This document shows, piece by piece, positions 54,901 through 64,000 of a stretch of 64,000 nucleotides of DNA (its first letter is position 1; every line of letters begins with the position of its first letter). Both the position numbers and the translations under genes were made by a program. The notes under the pieces are model-generated. The model saw nothing but the letters and a program-made list of their open reading frames with translations, did not search any database and was not told the DNA's origin. This DNA is from Styela clava. Lineage: Eukaryota. Location of the stretch: positions 18,724,001-18,788,000 of the forward strand of contig NC_135261.1 in assembly GCF_964204865.1 (NCBI RefSeq), read 5' to 3'.

Positions 54901-57900
54901 TATCATATGATTAACTAACTTATATTATTGTCTGTATCCGCCATAGAGAAATACTAGCATCATCCTTATTTCTGATTCATGTTAAAAATAATTTATAATT
55001 TCTCTAGATGCCCGTACATCTGGTAGTGGTGCAAGTATAAGTAAAACACAACTATGGAGATGGTTTAGTTTGGATAGCTTCAATTCATTCCTTGATGCTG
55101 ATCCTGAAAAGCAAGAACTTATCTACTCTGTTTCAACAAGAAGAAGGTAGGATTTATTTTTTATTAGTCATACAATGCAGGTGTCGTGTCGGTTAGTTTA
55201 ATAGGTTTTTCTCATGGTAAGAATAGGTAAGAATAATGGTAAGAATAATAGGTAAGGTAAGAATAATAGGTAAGAATAATGGTAAGAATAATCTTTCAGC
55301 ATAGATAGAATATAGGGCAGTGACAGATGGTTAGTACAATTGCTTGTCTTTGTTGGTAGGTTACGGGTTAAAATTATTGAAGACTTTGAAGTTATGCTAG
55401 GTACAACTAGGGTTGTTCAAAGTATTTAGTTCAAATACCATTTAATATTAATAATATACAAAAATCTGCAATTTTTAAGAATATAATTAGGAATGTTCTG
55501 CAATTCATTTTCAAATTTTATGTTGCAAACTTTGGCACATATCACGACTTCACATCACAGTGGTAGCAAATTGGGTATGCAGTGAAGAATTTGGGAGATT
55601 CCTGTCTTTCCAAACCTTTGTAGATTTTATCTGTAGTTGGATGCTTGTAAATAGTCGTATTATAAGTGACAGTATGGAAAAACGTTGAAACGTGAAAAAT
55701 ATCTTCAACAAATGATAATCGAATCTTAAATATCAATCAAAATAACATTCTTCATTTATATTTCATAGCACAAGTCGACAGCCAAGCGTTCATACTCGAT
55801 CTATTTTGGAATTTAATTTTGGTGCTGCACCTCTTGATTCTGAATCTTGTTTTGTGAGTTTGATGTTACGCAATACCGGATCTGTTGTCTCAGAATGGTA
55901 CGAGATTTATTGGATATGTTTAAAATAACATGTGTACAGACATGTAGCTGAAAATGATTCTAAGTACTACTATTTTAAAATCTCTTCGTTTAATTAAAAT
56001 AATGCTAACTCATTTTTATCATGAGTGATTGTATTAATTTTTTATATATCAATTCTTAATTTGTATCAATCACGCTTTTAAAACATGAAAAAATTAATAA
56101 AAGTAAATACAAAGGAAATATCAGAAACACATATATTTTTTTGTTTAGGATATGCATTGCTAGACTATATTTTGCATGAAAACTGATGAAATTATTGCTA
56201 AGTATATCTTTATTAAAATTCCTTCTTTTTAGGGCTTTCCTTTTCCCAAAAGATTTACAATTACCCATGGATTATTGGACGGAGACTGGTGTTTTTGATG
56301 CTGATGAATTACATGAATTACATATACAAGATAACAAGCTTTTTACAGGTTTGGTTATAAATTAGTTAAAGTCTAATCATATTTTCGATCAAAAAGTGTT
56401 TGACTGAACTATCCTGGCATCGCATGTCTAAGGTTAAAACCCAATGCCCACTATCCAACAATGCAGAGCCTGAAAGTTTTAAATTCTTTCCAAAATTGTA
56501 AATTCTTACTTATCAGTGAGAGCCTTTCTCAGAGTCGAGGGAATATAGAAACTATTCTGACAGACTATTAGACAATATATTCATGATATGTGAGGCACCA
56601 GAGGAAGTCAGATAAACTTAGCATGACTGCTCCACCAAGGTGTTATGGAATATCTGCATTTGAACAACTTCAAAATTGTGATGTTTATGAGTTTCTGTTT
56701 GACATTTGAATATATGCAACAAAAATCAGGATCAATGTAAGCATCCACCATAATCCACCTTATTTTATGGTGATTGAATATGTTTTTAGTGAGTCCAAAG
56801 AAAGGAAAACTGAATCCGGGACAAAACCAAACAATATTACTTCAATATAAACATGATATCGCTGGAACTCATCGTATTCCTGTCTTATTTAAACTTGAAA
56901 ATGGAAGAGAAATTTTAGTAAGTTTTTCATGTTATTTACGAGCAAGTGTTCTCTTTAGCAATCGTCTGTAACTTTTCTCAGATTGGGGAAAGGCAAAAAA
57001 ACTAATTTTGTTTTCAGGGCAGCGACACTTTGATCTCTTTTACAATGGGATTGTTATGTTTTAATTGCTTTTATTAAAATTATTTTCAACTCCATTTTGT
57101 GGAATTCCAAATTTCTCATGGTGCCACAACTGGGATTTGAAACCCATCTCTCTAATACAGTAATTCTCAAATGTTTTGAGCCGCGCCCCCTTTTTAGAAT
57201 TTTATTTTTATTTTTAATTAGCGTCACGCCCCCTCAAAAATTGTCTTCACCCCCTTGTGGGGGGTGCCCCACCGTTTGAGAACCACTGCTTTAATGGGAT
57301 CAATTAATCTGGTAACTAATGTAGTGCCAACATGTACATAATTTTTCATGTACAAAAAATTTAATTTTTGTTACTTTTATTCTGAATATCACCTGTAAAG
57401 AAAAAAACTGTGTGATCATTTTTTTTTATGTTTACTGCCCTGTATCTCTTCAAATTAACAACCGATTCATGTTTCTGAAAATTCTTTATTTTTTCAGCTC
57501 AATTTTGTTGGAGTCACAGTTGAACCAAATCGTCGATACATCCATTTCCCCGGCAGCAAGCACAGCTTTACTCCAGTGCCAATTGGTGGTCCCACTCCTC
57601 CACGTCAAGTAAGTATAAAAGGCTTTACAAGCCTTGCAATAATGCTCTTTCATTGTTACTCACTAGATAAAACTTTATTGAATAATTATTCAGGCTAACT
57701 CCAGACAACTCTTTCATACATTTACTCATGGCAATACCTACATATATTAATGGTGGTAAAAGTTGTATTTGATCATTGGGTATATGAACTGATCTGCCAT
57801 GTCAAGGTGTCATGCAATTCATTCGCACACGATCTACCCCACGGGAGTTAAAAACTGGCACTGTCCGAAATTGGTTTATATCTATGACGGGTGAACATTT

Positions 57901-60900
57901 GGCTGAAGATATTTTGCATATCTGCCCTGAACAAGTATCTAGACCAATGGTTCTCAGCCTTTCAGTGTCAGAGCCAAGTTTCAAACCCTAAAGTTGTAAG
58001 GAGCCGCATAAAAAGCAACACAAATCAAAATAGCAACAAAACAAAACTAATATAGCCTATGTATTTTGAAATAACAACATCAACAAAATTCGGGGTAAAA
58101 ACCAATTTAACGCTGAATTTGAAATTGGTTTTTAATTCTGAAGTCTTTTAATTCTGAAGCATTCTTCAGCAATATATATAACAATAGATAGCTTTATATT
58201 TTCATAATGATATCTATTTCAATTTGAAAATACTTTTCTCTTCAATCACATTGAAACGCCCGATTATATTTATAAAGAGTTTGAGCTTTTTTGAAGGTTT
58301 GCTTGAAATTTCGTCTTGACAAACTAACAAATAAATATTTTGTACAAAAACACCTGAACTTTATACACTGTACAGGATAGCCTTCTTGTGATTACTGAAA
58401 ACAATGAAATCAGAGTACTGGAACGTAGGCTAAACATTGAGGGGAAAAACACTATGACATCATAATAAACGTTGAAAAGTTGCATTCAAAACGAACTAAT
58501 AGCTGTGATGACACCAATTCAACTACTGCACTTCAGTCTTTCAATTTCAAGTCATTGATTAATTTTCAATGAAAAATGTTTAATGAAAAGGATTAATTTT
58601 CAAAGACGAGAGCCGCATGTGGCTCTAAGAGCCGAGGGTGAAAATCACTGCTCTAGACAAGCAACCATTCGGGCATACAACCCCGCCATGTAGGAGAGAA
58701 CTGGAACATATTCACTTCGATACCCATGATTTAGGCTGGCCACTGGACAGACCCCTTCAGAGGAATTATATATACTAAGATACAATTTGAATATACCATG
58801 TTGAAACCATGAAGCCAATCATAAAAATTTGTGTTTTTCTTTTAGTTATATGAGATATACAATGGAGGTTCAATGGCAGTCATGTATGAACTAAATGTTG
58901 CACCACTCGTAGAACTACAAACTGCAAATTTTGATCATCCTATATTAACTTGTCTGAATCCACAAGGAGAAGTATTGCCCGGTACATGCACCAATGTCGA
59001 ATTCATTTTCTCTCCGTTAGAAGCAAAGACATATATGGTATGTATATTCCAATGATTTTAAGTGATATAATTCAATGTAAATTGTTTTGCCTGAAGTCTA
59101 AAGTTTTGATTGACTGAGTTTTATTAGATTAGTTTTGCTTGATCACCAATGCAATTGAATACCAGTAAACTTGATTCTGTGAGGGCTATATTTGTTGTCA
59201 AACAGTTTTCTATATGTTCTGCTATGTACAATTTTGTTCTACATTTGTCAATTGAAGTTTGACAGTCATAATTTCAATTAGACATCATCTGCCTTCTTTT
59301 GATTATCAAATGTTATTGTCAATATTTCTAACTATTACTATAATAGGTGTACTTTATCTTAAATTTTTATTCAAAACTTCACGATTGTTTCTCTCTATCT
59401 AACTGAGTTTAAACAATTTTAGGTTGATATACCAATACACATTGTTGGTGGTGATGTGGCATTAATATCATTCAGTGGTATTGGTTATGATGCTCGTGTT
59501 ATTGGATCAAATATGCCAATGCTCGATCAACCGCCTGAATTTTCGGGAGTACCAAAAACTCAAACAGTTCCTGTACCGGGTCAGGTAAGATACTGATATT
59601 TGTAGATACAGAAATATATGCAATCATTGCAAAATAAAATAGTATCGAGTGACGAGTTATGAAGACTGTAGCGTTGATTTTGTATAAGTAACATGTGGTC
59701 ATCTGTGATACAAGTGGGTTAAAAGTTATGGTGTCGGAGAAATCATAGTCTGACTCTCAATTCCAAACTAATTAAAAAGTAAACTTTTATCTCTGGATTG
59801 GCAAAAATTTTATTTCAGCTTTCTGACTGCATCACAGACAGAAAAACTTGTTTTGGACTAATGTTTGTTCTATTTGAACTGAAAATTTTGACGATTACTC
59901 CTAAATTGAAAAAATCTGGAATTTTGCTTCTTAGTCCCCTTTCAAATGCGAAAAGTATCTTTACTTTTTACTATTACTTTTAACTTTTAGAATAATTCTT
60001 GGACTGAGATGGCATATGTATGGTTTCCATAGTATATTACAACTAATATTGTCCTCAATAACCCCTTCCATTAATTCAATATCTTCAATTTTCATATTAT
60101 TCACTTTTTTTCAATATAACAACGAATGTATTGTGTAACAACAACGTTGTATTCTTATTCATTTAGCATGTCTTCTTATCAGAAGAAAGAATAAGTTTTG
60201 GAAACATTCCATTATTCAGTAGAAAGAGACATGTGTTTTTCCTTACAAATAAGTCGACGGATAGACCAATGAGATTTTCATGGCACGCCTCATCTGAGAC
60301 AGTCAATGATGTGAGTTAACATATATATTTTGAGCACATAGCGTATTCTAGAACAAGGTGATACAAGTTTTTTTAGCCAGATCTCGAAATCCCAAGTCAG
60401 ACAAACTTGGTTGTTCTTTGACGGTAGCAGCACTACCCTGCTTACTCTGCAAGTTATAACGTTAGTCAAATATAACAATTCATCACAAAAATGAGTGTCA
60501 AAAGAAAGGTGATGAAGGAAAACTGTGAGGAAACATATTTCCATGCCCACAACTACGGTAAATCACAGTGTCTGGTGTGCTTTAAAGTAATATCTGTCAC
60601 TGAAGAAGATAGTTTGAAGCGACAGTACAAAACCAAACACGAGAAAAGATATGGAAAATACCACGGTACTTCTCAGGAAGCAATTTTAAAATAACTGAAG
60701 GCTTTATATGTCTTCCTTAAAGTAAAAAACACCACCCGCATAACAATAGGCTGATTAGAAGGGTGAAATCTCATTCTTCAATATATTTGAAGTGAGTAAT
60801 CATACAATATTTTGATCACTCTTGAGTTTTCTCCAAATGCGGCCTAAAAGTTTTTGCGGCCCTTCAATCTTGCAACCTTAGACCACCCTGTTCTGGAAGA

Positions 60901-63900
60901 TAGAAAATAACAAGATAGCATAATAAACCTATGGCATAATATTGAACGACGGCCTATTGTCTGGTTCCAAGCCTGTAACTGCAATAAAACTAGTTGAACC
61001 TTTCTGACTATAATATGAAAAGAAGTGGAGAAAATCATGACAGACTAACCTGAACAACTCTATGACGTCCAACAACCTGCGTTAATTGCCTGTTTATTCA
61101 AACCACGGTTACTCTACAATGAATGCTTTTGTTAAAAATTGTTTGTTATTGATCTAAAATACCGAAGACTTAAGATTCATGTCAAATTATATAAAAAACA
61201 TTTGCATATATCATGTTACAACTGAACAAATGGGTATTTGTGAGGAAAGATGGGCACTTTAAAATTCCATTCATTATTATACCATCATTTCATTTCATAT
61301 TTAGATACTAAAATGTCCAATCCCCATACGAATGGATACGATTAGATACATTTTACATGTTTTTGTTTCATTATTTGTAAAGGTATTGCGAATTGAACCA
61401 GTTCATGGTAGATTGGAACCAGGTGAACATAAGCTGACAAGAATCACGTTTTGTGCTGCAGGACAACCTTCATTTTATGATTTGGATCTAATATGTGAGG
61501 TATGATATACTTACAGTATGCTTTAAAACAAGTGGAATGCAATAAGATTTTCATATTTATTTCACGGGAGAGGGAAATCCATAAACCAGGTAATCGTATG
61601 ACAAACCATTATCCATTGTTTGGCATGAGAATAGTTACCCAGTTATTTGCTTCACATGTATCGATTTCATGGTGAACGAAGCTGTAACTAACTGACTACC
61701 GAATATGGTAATCAACCTAATACACGAAGAGTTTAGCAACTTTTTTCACACATAATTGTCAGCCATGTTATTTAACTTGAAGCTTGTTGACAACACTTAG
61801 CATGATGCCAGCAGGCATGTGTATTTCATGATCAAACTGATTCAAAACGATAGCATATTATAATGTTTGACGTAGTTGGCAAATCCTATAATCATTTATT
61901 CATAGAGGAATTTTTTTTGCCATTTTATGCTGTGGGAGAAAAAAGCCAAGATGGTGCATTTATACTACACACAGATTTGACCCTGGGTATTTTGAAGGGT
62001 TATCAGTCTAGCTCTAAGTTCAGGTAGTAAAGTAAGTAAAGTAATCATTTAACCATTCCAAATTAACTGTTGCATGGCTTGGTCAGATTTAACTTTGTTA
62101 CATTTAAAATTATGAACATTTTTATATGCTTGCACACCATTTTGCCAGGTTATTGATGAAATAAAAATGCAAGAATATCATGCTGAATTATTGAGTTGGG
62201 AAGAAGAAAAGGCAAAACAAGAAGTGGAATTTACAATCACTGATCAAACTATTGAGGTTTGTGATATATTCTACACTATTCAAGTTATTTTGAGTGGTTT
62301 TCCATAGTTTGAAATTTTAGGGTTTTTCCTTTTCTTTTTGAACATTTAGAATCAATTTGTACTATGCTTAGCACAACAACTCATTTTCCTGTTTGGCACA
62401 TCCTATCTATCTACTTCCAAGTTGAAGATGAGAAGGTAGTCAAAACAATAGTTTTGCTATGCCACATATTCAAATTTTCATATTCAAAATCTTAGGCATA
62501 GTAATGAATTTGGTTTGCTATGTTGTTTTAATTCTCTCCCATAAAAATATGTAGGAAGATAGGATCAAATAATTTAATTTTTAAATGTCTTGAATGTGTG
62601 ATTGAGGAAGTCTTCAGTTGGCATTTATGTTGACTATCACACAATGACAAACAGTCCTTTCTTTAGCACAAGATTGCAAAATTCATAACTTTGTTATTTA
62701 ATTGTGGTATTCAGTTGTGACTTGGCAAGAATATTCTTAACATGTTATGTGAATCAAACCACCACACACAGGGTGGGTGATTTCCACTGGAAGATTTCTG
62801 GTCCTTCCAAAAATAGTAGCCTTGTTGCTATCTGTGGCAGCTTATTTAGAGTCTTGTTAGGAATGGCACAGTAAAACCTCTTTTAAAACGAAACTTAATC
62901 AAAAAGGAACCCAATTGAGCATGTTTATAATAAATATATTTTTGAAGTGGTATTTAATATATTATAATTTCAAATTCAGGAAGAACTAACGCAGCAAGCA
63001 ATGCAAAACTCCTCGTCACAACAAACAATAGAAAAAACATCACCACGACGACTCAATCTTGAAAACGTTTTGAACAAAAATTTATCTCCAATGAGATTGA
63101 CTGAGAGTGTAATGACTAATAAACATACTCGGGTATGCTATTTTCAATTGTTATTTTTTATAATAATGTTAGAATTTGTGAGCGAATTTATTCTTGTGAC
63201 CGTCTACATTATTTGCATTTTTCCATTGGTAAAAGATTACTTATTGCCCTTGTTTTCAAAAAACTATTCATTGATTTTATCTTTTACAGTCAGAGACAAA
63301 GAAGTACAAGACATTGCCCCCAATCAGATTTGAAGATCCATTACATTTACCGAGTGATAGATCTCGAGTGAATAGGAAGATAAACATGGTCTTACGAGGT
63401 GACAACAATGAGGAATGGCCTCAGCCTCTTCCACCAGAACCATTTGTCAGCCATCTTGGAATTACAGCTAGAACTCATGATATCAGTGAATTCAGAACAA
63501 ACTTTCCTCACGAAGGAAATAAACATTACATTGATAGGTGAGTTCAGATCTTTGTATACAATGTTCGGTACTCCCGTAGTATATGTACCAGGTTAGGGTT
63601 AGGACATAATTTTTTCCCGATTTTCCTCGTTTTAGTTCTATTACGAGTTTGATGACTTTCTGTGTTAGCCAAGTGAATATAACCCCTGCCCATAGGTTTC
63701 AGACCCTTTATACAACTTGATGTAAAGTAGGCGAACAAAATTAGTTACCTCCATATTAGTACATACACTTCTGCAGTGCCCAAAATTGAATCATAATATT
63801 CTTCTGTTTTTGAATTCTAGAATGCTCCAAGTGAATCATCCGCTACCATCCCGATCAACATCTGAGCAATATTTACTCACAACTTGTGATAAAGAAGAAA

Positions 63901-63937
63901 AAGATACTGTTATTATGATCATGTCTAAAGTTATCAG
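33964..63937 (+). CDS. CFAP65: Cilia- and flagella-associated protein 65 (CCDC108), 3'-partial; 37 coding exons in the window (about 1690 codons)
   Basis: Phase-consistent GT-AG exons: 33964-34044, 34750-34856, 35136-35207, 36140-36256, 37087-37195, 37825-37991, 38696-38895, 39085-39222, 40287-40399, 41599-41707, 42303-42418, 43258-43407, 44598-44746, 45214-45343, 46457-46604, 47156-47295, 47389-47526, 47987-48079, 48254-48406, 48665-48889, 49533-49712, 50341-50495, 52548-52687, 54421-54501, 55008-55146, 55769-55897, 56233-56348, 56790-56917, 57498-57608, 58846-59037, 59423-59584, 60167-60310, 61383-61499, 62149-62256, 62980-63132, 63290-63537, 63821-63937. Peptides WRGWEPGEEYTKSLTLKN, FSTLFPQVIVLSAGTSFTLPLTFKPLE, CDIPPLKS, LNFVGVTVEP..FTPVPIGGPTPPRQ and FIFSPLEAKTY match recalled CFAP65 with its repeated ASH/MSP-like Ig folds. 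The first three exons are less certain. Confidence 0.92.
34560..34657. mobile_element. Short palindromic derivative of MITE family A
   Basis: CTCCTGAAGTATGTGCACCAAGATG...CATCTTAGTGCGCATACTTCAGGAG inverted termini. Confidence 0.8.
35525..35852 (+). mobile_element. Full-length tRNA-derived SINE
   Basis: Colinear with 32163-32511, including the (TCCTA)n tail. Confidence 0.88.
35892..36003. mobile_element. Short palindromic derivative of MITE family A
   Basis: CTCCAGAAGTATGCGCAC...GTGCGCATACTTCTGGAG inverted termini. Inverted relative to the 34560 copy. Confidence 0.8.
38917..39064 (+). mobile_element. 5'-truncated SINE
   Basis: CATGCTTCC..AACTAATCCCATACCCGAC..GATAAATATGTGAATCCTA. Confidence 0.8.
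39286..40103. mobile_element. Non-autonomous hAT element (Blackjack-like termini)
   Basis: TAGGGTTTCCA / TGGTAACCCTA TIRs and TSD CTCTAGAT/CTCTAGAG. Confidence 0.78.
40927..41531. mobile_element. Non-autonomous hAT (Ac-like) element with GTTAAC subterminal repeats
   Basis: Exact TSD CTGATTAC, termini TGGGGGTGGGGA / TTCCCAGCCCTA, and clustered GTTAAC(CG) at both ends. Confidence 0.83.
42014..42205. mobile_element. Palindromic MITE family A
   Basis: GTATGCGAACCAAGATGGCGG..GGTTAGGGTTAGG..CCGCCATTTTGGTTCACATACTTCTGGAGC. Confidence 0.83.
45730..46003 (+). mobile_element. Highly degenerate SINE copy
   Basis: GACTTGGACTGATAA..TGGTTTCTAATATGATTGAGACGTC..GGCTTTC..GGATAAATATGAAAATCTAT tail. The 5' boundary is approximate. 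Confidence 0.55.
46941..47113 (-). mobile_element. SINE 5' half in antisense orientation
   Basis: The reverse complement gives TATGGCGCATCATGCTAAGC..GAATACGCTCACCACCG..GGGTTCGCAGGTTCGCATCCCATG..GGCTTCCTCTACCA. Confidence 0.8.
48411..48610 (+). mobile_element. 5'-truncated SINE (a tail-only fragment also lies at about 48092-48158)
   Basis: GTAACCGCTGGTCGGTT..CTTCCTCCACCATCAAGTCCATGC..GATAAATATGTAAATCCTA. Confidence 0.82.
49368..49441 (-). mobile_element. Second tRNA-like repeat family (partner copy on + at about 50547-50615)
   Basis: Both copies share AGTxGTxAGAGC..TATATTGTCAT..AGGTTAAA.ATCT.GGGT.CAAA.CC, with A/B-box-like ends. Confidence 0.55.
49740..50180 (+). mobile_element. Degenerate SINE with duplicated internal and tail segments
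   Basis: Eroded head GCTAAGCGCTAG, two TCCATGC blocks and two tails ending AATCC(A/T)ATCCTAT. Confidence 0.7.
50973..52380. mobile_element. 1.4-kb non-autonomous hAT (Ac-like TIR) element
   Basis: Exact TSD ACTGGCAG, TIRs CATGGATGGCCA / TGGCCATCCCTG, and repeated subterminal (T/C)CGAATA motifs. Confidence 0.88.
52984..54294. mobile_element. 1.3-kb non-autonomous hAT (Charlie-like TIR) element
   Basis: Exact TSD ATATAAAT and TIRs CAGCGTTTCCCAACC / GGTTGGGAAACAATG. Confidence 0.85.
54709..54840. mobile_element. Internally deleted copy of the 40927-41531 hAT family
   Basis: Shares TTCAGGGAAAACACTTTAAC..GTTAACCG and the ACCATTC.CAGCCCTA end. Confidence 0.75.
55215..55292 (+). repeat. Minisatellite of GGTAAGAATA(AT/ATA) units
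   Basis: Seven GGTAAG copies at 55216, 55226, 55238, 55251, 55256, 55269 and 55281. Confidence 0.9.
57158..57288. mobile_element. Small Charlie-like MITE
   Basis: CAGTAATTCTCAAA / TTTGAGAACCACTG TIRs and TSD CTCTAATA/CTTTAATG. Confidence 0.75.
57945..58650. mobile_element. Non-autonomous hAT (Charlie-like) element
   Basis: CAATGGTTCTCA / TGAAAATCACTG termini, GAGCCG subterminal motifs and TSD ATCTAGAC/CTCTAGAC. Confidence 0.82.
60354..60890 (+). mobile_element. Deleted hAT (Charlie/Buster) element retaining the transposase N-terminus
   Basis: TSD TTCTAGAA/TTCTGGAA and right TIR CTTAGACCACCCTG. The internal ORF 60491-60694 (KRKV...YF...GKSQCLVCFKVISV....LKRQYKTKH) resembles the BED-finger N-terminus of GTF2IRD2/EPM2AIP1-type transposases. 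Confidence 0.8.
61545..61812 (-). mobile_element. Degenerate antisense SINE
   Basis: GATTTTCATATTTATTT..GGAGAGGGAAA is the reverse complement of the SINE tail, and CTTAGCATGATGCC is the reverse complement of the head. Confidence 0.6.
63567..63781. mobile_element. MITE family A, subfamily B
   Basis: Homologous to 33654-33866. Fills most of a CFAP65 intron. Confidence 0.85.
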
Positions 63938-64000
63938 GTTTGTTTGTTTGCTTGCAAAACAACAAAGACCAGTCAATGTTTGCAATCATGCCTGAAAAGT

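Noticed and set aside
55215-55292. CRISPR-like array
   Set aside because: Short tandem units without unique spacers, in a eukaryotic intron.
57780-58760. Possible LINE fragment interrupted by the 57945-58650 element
   Set aside because: The flanks are more GC-rich than the background, but I could not recognise reverse transcriptase or endonuclease motifs.

Overview
AT-rich, intron-rich animal genomic DNA from an invertebrate. A tunicate or other invertebrate deuterostome is plausible, but the taxon cannot be fixed from sequence alone. Two spliced genes on the + strand can be assembled by hand with phase-consistent GT-AG junctions. (1) A complete 6-exon Wnt6-like gene (about 7014-26264) with all 24 canonical Wnt cysteines. 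It is unusual in four ways: a stop-free N-terminal extension of about 330 codons before two hydrophobic segments, Thr at the normally invariant Porcupine-acylated Ser (CRCHGITGTC), Tyr at the index-finger Trp (CRFEYCC), and a roughly 68-aa polybasic linker insertion with furin-type sites. (2) The 5' 37 coding exons (about 1690 codons) of CFAP65/CCDC108 (33964 to beyond the window end), preceded by a near-consensus RFX X-box. WNT6 and CFAP65 are also near neighbours at human 2q35, which suggests ancient microsynteny. The non-coding DNA holds a tRNA-derived SINE family, a palindromic MITE family carrying TTAGGG and YY1-like motifs, and many non-autonomous hAT elements with 8-bp target-site duplications (TSDs), one nested inside a SINE. 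There is no CRISPR array, rRNA or intact tRNA gene. All homology calls come from recalled family motifs, not database searches.
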